From the NCBI GenBank assembly GCA_965219575.1, contig OZ244779.1, forward strand, positions 1,100,769 to 1,164,768: a stretch of DNA of 64,000 nucleotides, written 5' to 3'. A program made the translations under genes and the position numbers. This DNA comes from Candidatus Oxydemutatoraceae bacterium (GTDB lineage: Bacteria; Pseudomonadota; Gammaproteobacteria; Poriferisulfidales; Oxydemutatoraceae). The notes under the pieces are model-generated. The model was not told where the DNA came from and ran no database searches. It saw only the letters and a list, made by a program, of their open reading frames with translations. Below, piece after piece: positions 10,816 to 21,160 of this stretch (position 1 is its first letter; every line of letters starts with the position of its first letter).

Positions 10816-11541
10816 ATGAGCAATACCATTCCTAATATCTCGTTATTCAACTTGGCGTTGAGTTTTATTCCGATGCTGGTCAGCGTGATTATATTCTATT
10901 GGTGGTCTGTAGGAATACGCACGACTTTATACGCATTCAGTCGGATGCTTCTCCAACTGATATTGGTCGGTTATCTATTGACTTATCTGTTCGCTGCCGA
11001 GCACGACATTATTCTTATCGTAGTATTGTGTGTGATGATACTGGTGTCGGCGTGGATTTCTCTGCGTCCTTTGGCACACAAAAACTTCCAACTTTATCTT
11101 AAATCTTTATCGGCAATCGCATTGAGCGGCACCCTGATTTTATTTTTCACGCTGGAGTTCGTTTTGGATCTCGAGCGTTGGTTGACACCGAATTATTTAA
11201 TTCCACTGGCCGGTATGATTTATGCAAATGCGATGAATTCGGTAAGCCTTGCCGCCGAACGATTTGATACCGAGATAAAAAACAATGTCGGTTATATCGA
11301 TGCGCGTAAAACCGCATTGCAGACCTCGCTGATACCGTCGCTCAATTTATTTTTTGCAGTAGGTTTAGTTTCTCTGCCGGGAATGATGACCGGTCAAATA
11401 CTCGCCGGTGTCTCTCCGCTAATAGCCGTCCGCTATCAAATCGTCATTATGAGTATAATTTTTGCCGCCGGTGCCGTTTCGGTATTCTTTTATTTATTGC
11501 AGATGAGAGAACCACCGATTGAACTTGTAGGGGCGGACTAA
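10816..11541 (+). CDS. UPF0014/YbbM(FetB)-like ABC permease
   Basis: R..LQL..VG, IP..GM, GLVSLPGMMTGQILAG.SP..AVRYQI. Confidence 0.85.
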   Translation: MSNTIPNISLFNLALSFIPMLVSVIIFYWWSVGIRTTLYAFSRMLLQLILVGYLLTYLFAAEHDIILIVVLCVMILVSAWISLRPLAHKNFQLYLKSLSAIALSGTLILFFTLEFVLDLERWLTPNYLIPLAGMIYANAMNSVSLAAERFDTEIKNNVGYIDARKTALQTSLIPSLNLFFAVGLVSLPGMMTGQILAGVSPLIAVRYQIVIMSIIFAAGAVSVFFYLLQMREPPIELVGAD

Positions 11542-11985
11542 CATGTCCGCCCTTAAGTACCGTTCTGCACGACACCAACCGCTTGCGCCAACAAATAATG
11601 GTTTCCATAATATTAATGGGTAAACGCGTTAATCGTGCAAACATGATACGTGGGGCTGTTGAAAAAGTGCGGGCATTGCACAAACCTAACCGCTGTGCGC
11701 CGTGAATATTCGCAAACCGCCGTAGGGGCGGACTTATATAAATTGCCGATTGACCTACTGGCTCAATCGGCGGCTCTGTTCTGCCCGTAACGTTGACCGG
11801 CATGATTTATACATTCATTCATCCAATTTATGGAAACCAAAACCAAATGGCGCAAGCGGTTGAGTTTGTACAGAACAGTACTTAAGGGCAGACATGTTAG
11901 TCTGCCCCTACAACTCGGTGGTTATCGTAAATTCAATGGCGCAAGCGGTTACGATCGTGTAAAACGATATTTTTTCAACAACCCA
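11509..11985. repeat. Mosaic repeat cluster
   Basis: D half-site plus REP-A at 11527, B TIR at 11652, D-filled REP-A 11722-11786, inverted REP-A, right B TIR. Confidence 0.88.
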
Positions 11986-11991
11986 AGTATC

Positions 11992-12669
11992 TTATTGGGT
12001 GTGCGCCACATGCGACACCAGCGTGCCGGTGTAGATGGCATTCGCGGTTAACGCACCGGCAATACCTATCTCGGATAATGTATTCAAGTCGCCCCGGTCT
12101 CGTATACCTCCGCCGGCATAAATCTCTCCCCGATAGCGGCTGCGCAACTGTTTTAAGCAAGCGATATCGGCACCGCCTCGGCTACCGATGCGATCTAGGA
12201 ACAAAACGATAATGCGCAACGGCCAGTAGCGTATTTGTGTTAAGACATTGTGTCCGATCAACCGCCCATTCTTAAAATCCAACGACAAAATGTAGCGTTC
12301 ACTGACAAAGCGATCCAAGTCTTCGGTTAAGGTTTCGGTGCCTACGACCTTGACTACCGCTTGAGGTACCTCCAACGATCTAAACCGAGCATAATTGCCG
12401 ATTCCCGCATCCAGCCAAAATTCAATCTCGGGAAATTGTTTGCATAAATCGGAAATTAGATTATGATGATTGCCTTGTTTGTTAATCGCATCTAGATCTG
12501 CTAGATATATAATATCGGTGTCTAATAATTTTAATAGGGTTTGTATTACTTTAACGGCGGAAGCATTCGGAAAAAGTTTGCTATGCAACGGGCGATATTT
12601 TTGACGTACTCCGCCTTGTGCTTGAACTACTACACCGCCCATTAAATCTATTGCAGGTATTAGTTTCAT
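11992..12669 (-). CDS. HisA/HisF-related TIM-barrel protein (Orf17-like, H4MPT/methanofuran C1 cluster)
   Basis: IPAIDLMGG.VV.A.GG.R..Y.P, IYLADLDAI, AGGGIR; gene context. Confidence 0.75.
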   Translation of the reverse strand: MKLIPAIDLMGGVVVQAQGGVRQKYRPLHSKLFPNASAVKVIQTLLKLLDTDIIYLADLDAINKQGNHHNLISDLCKQFPEIEFWLDAGIGNYARFRSLEVPQAVVKVVGTETLTEDLDRFVSERYILSLDFKNGRLIGHNVLTQIRYWPLRIIVLFLDRIGSRGGADIACLKQLRSRYRGEIYAGGGIRDRGDLNTLSEIGIAGALTANAIYTGTLVSHVAHTQ

Positions 12670-12687
12670 CGTTGAAAATATAAGGTC

Positions 12688-13668
12688 ATGAGAGTAGTCA
12701 TATTCGAGTATACCAGTAGCGGCATCTGTAAACCCGAGTTATTATATCCCGACCTAATCAAGGAGGCGGATTTAATGGTCAACGAGCTGGGGCAGAGGAT
12801 GAGAGAAGCAGGCTGCGATTTAGTGCTATTTCGTAGCCCGTCGTTGCCGCCGCCGTTATTCGAAGCCGAGATTATACCGCTCGACGGGACCGATGATTGG
12901 CATGCTATCTTGGAAGACGAACTTCACAAGGCGGATGCCTATATACCGCTTGCCCCGGAAAGCGATGCTTTGCTGGAGAATTTGTGCCTCAAAGCGGAAC
13001 AAACACACTGCACTTTATTGAATACATCGGCGCACACGGTACGCGAGACCTCCGATAAACACTATACCTTGAAACGATTGGCAGAGCATGGTGTTCCTTG
13101 CATCGGTTGTTACCACATAGACCAATGTACTTTCCCGATGTCCGAAGATTGGGTTATCAAGCCGAATAACGGCTTCGCTTGCGAGCATACTTTTTTGATA
13201 CGCGCCGGCGATATGCCGACCTCGGAACAAAGGCAGCATGCACAAATATGCCAACCTTATATGCAAGGCACGAATGCCAGTTTGAGCGTAATCTATGCCC
13301 TCGATTCCAAGCCGTGTATTTTAGGTGTCAACCACCAAGAAATCACCGTAGGAGAGCAGGATTGTTTTCAGTTGGCTACTTGTCATGTCAATGCGCTTGC
13401 ACATCTGGAACTAGATTTTGAAGGTCTCGCTGCCGATGTGCAGAAATGTTTTACCGGTTTGCTCGGCCATGTAGGTATCGATATTATCATTCATGACGAC
13501 ACACCCTATGTACTGGAGATTAACCCGCGCCTGACGACTTCTTTTGCCGGTCTTGCCAAGACCACCGGTGTCAATCCGTGTGCGATGCTACTGGCAGCTG
13601 TTTGTGGTGAGCCACTGCCGTGTCCCAAGCGAAGCGAGTTCACCGACTATAAAGTCGGTATCACTTAA
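12688..13668 (+). CDS. ATP-grasp ligase, MfnD (tyramine-glutamate ligase)-like
   Basis: FEY..SG, LAPESD, VIKP..G, G.VGID, EINPRLTTS. Confidence 0.75.
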   Translation: MRVVIFEYTSSGICKPELLYPDLIKEADLMVNELGQRMREAGCDLVLFRSPSLPPPLFEAEIIPLDGTDDWHAILEDELHKADAYIPLAPESDALLENLCLKAEQTHCTLLNTSAHTVRETSDKHYTLKRLAEHGVPCIGCYHIDQCTFPMSEDWVIKPNNGFACEHTFLIRAGDMPTSEQRQHAQICQPYMQGTNASLSVIYALDSKPCILGVNHQEITVGEQDCFQLATCHVNALAHLELDFEGLAADVQKCFTGLLGHVGIDIIIHDDTPYVLEINPRLTTSFAGLAKTTGVNPCAMLLAAVCGEPLPCPKRSEFTDYKVGIT

Positions 13669-13671
13669 ATG

Positions 13672-13903
13672 CCGTTATGCACAACATCAACCGTTCTGCG
13701 CCAATAAATAATGGCTTCCATGATATTAATGGGCGAATGCATCAATCGTGCAAATATGATGCATCTCGGGCGGACATCATTAAATTGCCGATTGACCTGC
13801 CGGTTCAATCGGCGGCTCTATACTGCCCCTACGGGTGGTTTGCGTAATTAGGTGGCGCACAGCAATTGGATCTGCACGATGCCAGTACTTCTTCAACAGC
13901 CCC
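13672..13903. repeat. Mosaic repeat cluster inside the C1-cofactor gene cluster
   Basis: D-filled REP-A 13768-13832; B TIR ends 2 nt before ATG 13906. Confidence 0.85.
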
Positions 13904-13905
13904 AA

Positions 13906-14979
13906 ATGACCAAAGCCGATATATGCGCCGAGCCACAGAATTATATAGGGTGGGATATAGGGGGCGCGCACTTGAAGGTGGCACGGTTATCACTCGATGC
14001 CGGTGTAGAAGCGGTGCTACAAATCGCATGCCCTTTGTGGCAGGGTATCGATGAACTGGAACGGGCATACCAAGAGGCATGCAGAGAGATGTCTATTTCA
14101 AGCAGTATCACCGATCCTATCCACATCGTTACGATGACCGGTGAATTAGCCGATAGTTTCAGCGATAGAAAGCAGGGCGTATATCGCATCTTAGATGCCA
14201 TGTATCGTTTATTAGGGCAACCTTATAAGGTCTATGCAAGTGATAAAGGTATGTTGAGTCATGACGGCGTATCCGATATAGAGTCGGTTGCATCCCGAAA
14301 CTGGCAAGCGACTGCCGAATGGCTTGCGATGAATTGTGAAGAAGGCATATTGGTGGATATGGGTAGCACGACAACCGATTTAGTGCCTTTTAAGCACGGG
14401 TTTATAAAAGTTCAAGGTTATGACGATGCGATGCGGATGCGACACGGAGAATTAATCTATACCGGCATCAGTAGAACGCCGATCATGGCAATTTCGGATC
14501 ATTTCAATATAGATAGCGTTAATTATCCGATTATAGCAGAAAATTTTTCGACAATCGCAGATGTTTACCGAATTTTAGGACAATTATCCGAAAATGATGA
14601 CTTATATCCCACCTGTGATAATACTGCTAAAACAGTCTCGGCAAGTGCGAGGCGCTTAGAGAGAATGTTTGGTATTGACTGGGCAGGGGATTTGGATGCG
14701 ACGCATGTTAAAGCCCGAGCGATTGCCGAGGCACAGCAGCAAAAAATTAGTTGCGCGCTTGACACTTTGATAAGGAAAACCCGGTTATCCGACGGTGCTT
14801 ATGTTATCGGTGCGGGTTCGGGATATAAGATAGTACAATGTATTGCCGAGCGTTTAGGACTACACTTTATGCCGTATCATCGTTTGCTGGACAATTTGCC
14901 CGAACATCTAGAAGATGTCGTATGCCGTTGTGCGAGTGCCGTGAGTGTTGCAAGCCTGGCGCACCGAAAGCACCTATAA
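13906..14979 (+). CDS. Hydantoinase/oxoprolinase-N family protein, MfnF/Orf9-like
   Basis: GWDIGGAHLK, CPLWQG, TMTGELAD.F, DMGSTTTD, ELIYTG..RTP. Confidence 0.8.
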   Translation: MTKADICAEPQNYIGWDIGGAHLKVARLSLDAGVEAVLQIACPLWQGIDELERAYQEACREMSISSSITDPIHIVTMTGELADSFSDRKQGVYRILDAMYRLLGQPYKVYASDKGMLSHDGVSDIESVASRNWQATAEWLAMNCEEGILVDMGSTTTDLVPFKHGFIKVQGYDDAMRMRHGELIYTGISRTPIMAISDHFNIDSVNYPIIAENFSTIADVYRILGQLSENDDLYPTCDNTAKTVSASARRLERMFGIDWAGDLDATHVKARAIAEAQQQKISCALDTLIRKTRLSDGAYVIGAGSGYKIVQCIAERLGLHFMPYHRLLDNLPEHLEDVVCRCASAVSVASLAHRKHL

Positions 14980-14983
14980 AGAT

Positions 14984-16366
14984 ATGACTAAGTTATGGAT
15001 CAAGGATTTGGCTTATGCGAGCGACAGCGCGCGACTATTTGATTGTTTGAAAGGACAGCCGGGTGCGGTATTTTTGGATAGTGGAAGCCGTCGTCGGGAT
15101 GCACGCTACGATGTTCTGACGGCGTGTCCTTCGCGCCTCATACGTAGCAAAGACGGCATCACGACCGTTGAATATGCCGATGGACACTCTCAACGCTATA
15201 CCGAAGATCCCTTTGAGGTCGTGCGCACACAACTCACTTTTGATGAAATACAAAGCGATACCGAACTGCCTTTTCATGGTGGTGCGATCGGTTATTTCGG
15301 ATACGATTTGGGTCGTCGGATAGAAAAGTTGCCGCACTATGCAAGCGACTCCGATAGGCTTCCGGAGCTGATGCTCGGGATATACGATTGGGCGATTGTC
15401 AACGACCATCTACGCAAGCGAACTTGTTTAATCGCATATCCGAGTGATCAATTCGGCACAAAGGACTTTAGTCGGTGGGAGGAATTGTTAAATCAAGCCC
15501 CGCACCCTGCGCAAAAATTTGTTTGCAAACAGTTGGGTGCGTTACAATCTAATATGGATCGTGCGACCTACATCAAGTGTTTCAACGCGGTAAAAGAGCA
15601 TATTTATCAGGGCAATTGCTACCAAATCAATCTGGCACAGAGATTTGCCATGTCGATGGAGTGCGATGCGTGGCAGCTGTATTGCCGTTTGCGCTCGATC
15701 AATTCCGCTCCGTACTCGGCGTATTTAGATTTCGGGCAATTTCAGGTTTTGAGCATTTCTCCGGAACAATTTCTACATTTGCACGAGGGTTATGTCGAGA
15801 CCAGTCCTATTAAAGGCACCCGCCCGCGGCATCATGACCCCGACCAAGATAATAGGCAAGTCGAAGCGTTGTCCAACAGTGCTAAAGATCAAGCCGAGAA
15901 CCTGATGATCGTAGATTTATTACGCAACGATTTCGGTAAAAGTTGTAGTCCGGGTTCTATCACTGCCAAACACTTATTTAATGTCGAGAGTTTCGATAAT
16001 GTGCACCATCTGGTCAGCACGGTCTGCGGAAAGCTCGATAAAAACAAAGATGCTTTGCATTTGTTGAAGGATTGTTTTCCCGGTGGTTCTATCACCGGCG
16101 CACCGAAGCTACGGGCGATGGAAATTATAGAGGAATTAGAACCGCATCGGCGCGGCGTATATTGCGGCTCTATAGGATACTTGAGCCGTAACGGCGATAT
16201 GATGCTCAATATTGCGATCCGCACTGCGATATATCAAAATCGGCAATTCGTGTTTTACGGCGGCGGTGGCATTGTTGCAGACTCCGATGCCGATTTGGAA
16301 TATCAGGAAACGATTGACAAGGTGTCGTCTATGACCGACTTGTTAAAAGAAGCCGCAAACGAATGA
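14984..16366 (+). CDS. pabB: Aminodeoxychorismate synthase component I
   Basis: GYFGYDLG, YQINLAQRF, SPEQF, PIKGTRPR, AENLMIVDLLRND, FPGGSITGAPK. Confidence 0.93.
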   Translation: MTKLWIKDLAYASDSARLFDCLKGQPGAVFLDSGSRRRDARYDVLTACPSRLIRSKDGITTVEYADGHSQRYTEDPFEVVRTQLTFDEIQSDTELPFHGGAIGYFGYDLGRRIEKLPHYASDSDRLPELMLGIYDWAIVNDHLRKRTCLIAYPSDQFGTKDFSRWEELLNQAPHPAQKFVCKQLGALQSNMDRATYIKCFNAVKEHIYQGNCYQINLAQRFAMSMECDAWQLYCRLRSINSAPYSAYLDFGQFQVLSISPEQFLHLHEGYVETSPIKGTRPRHHDPDQDNRQVEALSNSAKDQAENLMIVDLLRNDFGKSCSPGSITAKHLFNVESFDNVHHLVSTVCGKLDKNKDALHLLKDCFPGGSITGAPKLRAMEIIEELEPHRRGVYCGSIGYLSRNGDMMLNIAIRTAIYQNRQFVFYGGGGIVADSDADLEYQETIDKVSSMTDLLKEAANE

Positions 16367-16935
16367 AATGGGTATTGAAGATCGGCGGCAGCTTGTATAA
16401 GCATACCGAGTTGGCGGATGTGCTGGCACAAGCAAAACATCTCTCCCGAGCCTCGGCAAGATGCACGATCGTACCGGGTGGTGGTCCGTTCGCCGACCAA
16501 GTTCGGGCAGCCGCTAAACAGTGGCACTTAGACGAGCAAACCGCACACCGAATGGCCATATTGGGAATGCGTCAATACGGCAGATTATTGGCAAGTCTAT
16601 CACGATTGCCGGTATATTATTCGGATGAACAAGGCGGCGAACGTTGTGCGATATGGTTGCCGACGGACCGCCCGACACCGACATGTCTGGCTAAAATTCC
16701 CCATCGGCAACTGGATTGGGACTTTACTTCGGACTCAATCGCAATTTGCATGGCGGATTATATCGGTGCCGAATATCTGGTTTTGGTAAAAGCAATTTCC
16801 ATCGATCAGGCAGGTTCTCTGACAAAATTGGTAGACAAACGTTTCGTCGGTTTGATGTACGATAGAGCGGTGAAAGTTATTTGCCTATCGGTGGCAGAGT
16901 GGCTGCAAAAGAATACCGCAGCATTGTTCTCCTAA
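16363..16935 (+). CDS. Amino-acid kinase family protein, MfnE/Orf21-like
   Basis: VLKIGGSL, VPGGG.FADQVR, AH.MAI..M.QYG, W..TSDSIA. Confidence 0.8.
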   Translation: MKWVLKIGGSLYKHTELADVLAQAKHLSRASARCTIVPGGGPFADQVRAAAKQWHLDEQTAHRMAILGMRQYGRLLASLSRLPVYYSDEQGGERCAIWLPTDRPTPTCLAKIPHRQLDWDFTSDSIAICMADYIGAEYLVLVKAISIDQAGSLTKLVDKRFVGLMYDRAVKVICLSVAEWLQKNTAALFS

Positions 16936-17004
16936 AAGCTAAACCTATTTCTCTCTTCGCATCCAATTCGCGATAACCATTTGTCGGCTAGAATAATTTT
17001 CTAC

Positions 17005-17038
17005 TTGCATATTTCATACAATAAGGGATAATTCCCTT
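17005..17038 (+). promoter_or_regulatory. Candidate promoter and operator of the HTH-S24 repressor
   Basis: TTGCAT (17005)-N16-GATAAT overlapped by palindrome AAGGGA-TAAT-TCCCTT (17023-17038); no SD before ATG 17042. Confidence 0.4.
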
Positions 17039-17516
17039 GTTATGAATAAACGTATTTCAAGCGCAGACCTCTTAAAAATTATAGATCGTGCGCTTGATGA
17101 ACAAGGTATCTCTGCCCGCCAAGCCTCTATTCTTGCCACCGGCACTCCCGAACTTATTCGCAATATGCGTCGGGGGCGTGTGCCTTCGGTGGAGAGATTC
17201 TACGCTTTATGCGATACCCTAGACCTAGAGTTTTATGTAGGTCCCAGATACCATCGAAAATCACCTTCGGTTCGTGCCGTTAGCGAAAGAAAAACCATGT
17301 CCGATATGCTCGAAGAGATAATATCTCGATTACCTCCTCGTAAAATCCTGCAGCAAACATCGAAGCCCGACAAATCATATAAAGACTCAAAATTAGGTAG
17401 TGCGTATCGGATTCCTGTTTGTAAGCGCAAAGTAGTAATGTCACCTTTCGCCAAAGTAGAAATGTCACCTTTAGGGGACAATAAAGCATTTTTAACCCAG
17501 CTTAGGAGAAGATGCA

Positions 17517-18826
17517 ATGAACGAAGGAACTTACTCTATGTCAGACAAAGAAATAGAACGCCACCATGTCCTCAAGCGATGCTTGGAGGAAAAATTACCG
17601 AGAGCCAAGGCCGCACAGATGCTCAACATCAGCGTCCGCCATGTGAAGCGATTATTAAGTGCCTATCGCAAGCAAGATATCAAGGCACTGATATCTAAAC
17701 GACGCGGTAAGCCTTCAAACAATAAAATACCGGAGACAATCAAACAACTAGCCGTTAAGCTCATTCGTGAGAACTATCACGATTTCGGACCGACTTTTGC
17801 ACATGAGCAGTTGTTTGAATGTCATGGGCATTTATTTGACCGCTCATTCAGCGTTGAAACCTTGCGCAAGTGGATGATTGCAGAGGGGCTACACCAGGGT
17901 AAGCGACGCAATGCAATCAAAACGCATCAAAGCCGTCCCAGACAAACTGGCTTCGGCAAACTCATACAGATTGACGGTTCGACCCACGATTGGTTTGAAG
18001 GGCGAGGCGACCCCTGCACGCTCATTATATTTATTGACGATGCCACCTCACAGATTACCGCATTGCATTTCTGTGCTGCCGAGACCACCTTTGATTATAT
18101 GCGAACACTCAAACAGCATATCCAACGCCATGGCTGCCCGTTGTGCCTGTATTCCGACCGCCATAGCATCTTTAGCAACAATGCCAAAGAGCAACACATC
18201 TTTCAACAACCGACCCAGTTCCAAAGTGCTTTGCAACAAATGGAAATTGAACTATGCCTGGCACGCACACCGCAAGCTAAAGGACGCGTTGAACGCGCAT
18301 TCAAAACCCTGCAAGACCGATGGGTCAAACTCATGAGGCTTCACAACATCTGCTCTATTGAGGAAGCTAACCAGTTTGCTCAATGGTATCTCCCAAAACA
18401 CAATCAGCAGTTCGCCACGAAGCCTCTAGACAGCCACGACTATCATCGCAAAATGCCTCTCACCCAGCGAGAATTAGCACTGGCTTTGTCTAAACAGAGT
18501 ACTAGAAAGTTATCGAAAAACCTCATCTGTCAGCATCATAATATACAGTATCTTATCAAAACCAAGAAACCCGGTTATGCGATGCGTGGCGCATCGGTCA
18601 CCGTGTGCGAGCTACTCAATGGCGAGATTGTCATACTCTACAAAGGGCGGGAGTTGGCGCATGATATCTACTGCGAACACCCCCACTGTCTCAACCGTAC
18701 AACGACAAAACAATCAATCTAGCGGTAGATGAGATTGTGGCAAAACACCGTCGCGGTCATAAGCCGAAGCCGACCCACCCGTGGAGACGCTACAATAAGG
18801 ATTATCTCAGTGCCAAGCAGAAGTAA
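17517..18826 (+). pseudogene. IS1202/ISNCY DDE transposase with a -1 frameshift near the C-terminus
   Basis: QIDGS.HDWFEGRG, IDDAT, YSDRH, PQAKGRVER.FKTLQDR; one extra C in the C5 run (18680-18684) restores ...KPKPTHPWRRY..* ending at 18826. Confidence 0.85.
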
Positions 18827-18931
18827 TCAGAACCGGTGTTTTCCCAGACTTACGCACAGGCTGTCTAACATGCCTGTGCCACTGCAAACGCATCATTCGT
18901 CAAACCACGAGATAGCAACCGAGCACCACAC

Positions 18932-19189
18932 ACGCTCTAAAATGCTTGGGAATTGGAAGGTAGTAGAGTTCATCTCAACTAGAGATCGTCTCTTAACGGC
19001 ACGCTATAGAGCTTGTTTTTTAGTCGGCAAGCCTGATTTAGGCAAAAACAAGCACTGGCACCGCATACGCTCTAAAATGCTTGGAAATTGGAAGGTAGTA
19101 GAGTTCATCTCAACTAGAGATCGTCTCTTAACGGCACGCTATGGGGCTTGTTTTTTAGTCGGCAAGCCTGATTTAGGCAAAAACAAGCA
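18932..19189. repeat. 135-bp-period direct repeat in the IS 3' non-coding region
   Basis: Near-identical copies 18932-19054 and 19067-19189, each with a GCTTGTTTTT...AAAAACAAGC stem. Confidence 0.9.
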
Positions 19190-19751
19190 GTATTAGCCAA
19201 TTTATCACCTAGTCGAATAATCAACTAACGGACATAAAGTAATCTTAGATATCTAGTTTCCTGAAGGTTTTATCGGCATCAAGGGTGACATTTCTACTTT
19301 GGTCAAGGGGGTGACATTTCTACTTTGGGTTGACATATCGGATTCCTGTTTTTGAGACGGATACCGCTATGGATGATACCTCGATCAATAAGGAAAAACG
19401 CGCTGTGGGTCATATATCTTTTCAGGAAAGTTGGTTCAACGGACAAGGTTTGAATCCGGAATACTGCATCATCGTACAAATCCTAGATCACTCGATGGAA
19501 CCCACCATAGCAACTCACTCAATGGTTTTGGTAGACCTTTCACGATACCGCCGACGGCAGGAGCGTATCTATGCAATACGCATCGGCGATAATCTCATTG
19601 TCAGGCGGCTTAGCAAAAACAAAGATAAATGGCAGTTAGTCGCCGACCACCCGAAATCAAAGCCGGAACCTTTTCCGAGTTCTGCGGAGATTATCGGAGA
19701 AGTCAGATGGATGGCAAAAACCTTCGGCTAAGCACTTTAGCTGCATAGCAC

Positions 19752-20098
19752 GGTGGTTGTGTCGTGGGGCTGTTGAAAAAGTACCGTCAGTGTGCAACCG
19801 TAACCGCTTGCGCCGTAAATTTATAATAACCACAAAGCCGTAGGGGCAGACCTGTGTGTCTGCCCTAAAGTACCGTTCTGCACGACACCAACCGCTTGCG
19901 CCGTATGGTTTTGGCTTCCATAAATTGGATGAATGAATGTATAAATCGTGCAGGCGCAACGCGTTACGGGCGGACATAATAATTGCCGATTGACCTACTG
20001 GCTCAATCGGCGGCTTTATATTGCCGATTGACCTACTGGCTCAATCGGCGGCTTTATACTGCCCCTACCACTCTATGAAATACTTTTTCAACAGCCCT
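19752..20098. repeat. Mosaic repeat cluster (B-bounded; REP-A holding a double D insert)
   Basis: GGGGCTGTTGAAAAA at 19766; two tandem D units inside REP-A 19967-20068. Confidence 0.9.
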
Positions 20099-20127
20099 AT
20101 ATCTTTTATTTTTAGCGCACCTCCGCA

Positions 20128-20162
20128 TTGAGTTTGATAGTATCGTATGATACTATCAAACT
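20128..20162 (+). promoter_or_regulatory. Sigma70 promoter overlapped by a perfect 14-bp inverted repeat (fic operator)
   Basis: TTGAGT-N17-TACTAT with TG extension; AGTTTGATAGTATC-gtat-GATACTATCAAACT at 20131-20162 abuts the ATG. Confidence 0.65.
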
Positions 20163-21160
20163 ATGCCTTCCAAATCGAATAAACCGCCGTATCGTGTCAC
20201 CGACGAGGCAATCCGTCTGGTTGCAGAAATTTCCGAGCTATTGGGTGAATTAGGCGCAACGACCTTTAAGAAACCTTTGGTTGAATTGCGCAAAAAGAAT
20301 CGCATCCGCACAATTAAGTCCACCTTGGCTATTGAAGGACATTCTTTTAACGAGACTCAAGTTACCGCAGTGTTAGAAAAAAAAGGGTGATAGGAACGAG
20401 AAAAGAAATACTGGAGGTTCAAAACGCACTTCGCCTATACGAAGCGATGGATCAATTCAGGTCTTGTAAAGTTAAAGATTTTCTTCGTGCGCATAAAATT
20501 TTAATGAAAGGACTACTACCGGATGCCGGGCATTACCGCACGAGGAATGTCGGTATCTTTGATAAGCAAGAGGTCAAACATGCAGCCCCTAAACCATCGT
20601 TTGTTCCACAACTCATGAATCGTTTGTTTGAGTGGATAAAAGGCGCAAATAAAATACATCCGCTAGTCTTGGGTTCGGTTGTTCATTACGAGATAGAATT
20701 TATCCATCCTTTTGAAGACGGAAACGGAAGGATAGGGCGGTTCTGGCAAGGGCTCATCCTGAAAGAATTTAATACATTTTTCAGGTATGTTCCGATTGAA
20801 AGCCTCATAGAGAAAAATCAAAAAAAATACTACGCCACTTTGAAAGCAGCCGATAAAGAGGGTAATTCAACCGTGTTTATGGAATTTATGCTGCATATTA
20901 TAAAAGCAACCTTGCAAGAGATGTCTGTAGATATCATAGGTATAATCCATACGACCGAAGATCGCCTGAGAGTAGCCTGCCTGCATTTCAAAACCCAAGC
21001 CTTTGCGCGCAAAGATTATATGCAACTGTTCAAGAACATCTCTAGTGCAACCGCCAGCCGCGATCTAAAAGAAGGTGTAAAGAACGGCAGGCTTGAGCCT
21101 ATCGGCCGGAGAAATCAAAGCCGATATCAGGCTGTTGACAAAGTATTTTATGAACCGTAG
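20163..21160 (+). pseudogene. Fic family protein with C-terminal HTH; frameshift in an A8 run
   Basis: Canonical HPFEDGNGRIGR, STLAIEG and ATASRDL; the two ORFs join if the run at 20377-20384 were A9. Confidence 0.85.

Larger units (their letters stand above)
17420..19335 (+). mobile_element. IS1202-family (ISNCY) insertion sequence with 15-bp TSD
   Basis: TGT...ACA ends, each with two CAAAGTAG(A/T)AATGTCACC sites; TATCGGATTCCTGTT at 17405-17419 and 19336-19350. Confidence 0.92.
17042..19731 (+). pseudogene. HTH + S24 peptidase (phage cI/LexA-like) regulator split by an IS
   Basis: N-half 17042-17419 ends AYRIPV; C-half from 19336 starts YRIPV...DHSMEPTI...IVRRL...IIGEV; removing the IS and one TSD gives a 252-aa ORF. 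Confidence 0.88.

Noticed and set aside
4262-11985. TSDs for the B-bounded units at 4262-4591 and 11652-11985 (also 19766, 39678, 50346, 61060)
   Set aside because: The flanks do not match, so these are reported as repeats and not as intact insertions
17042-17698. 218-aa ORF as an intact gene
   Set aside because: Everything after codon 126 is read-through into the IS left end
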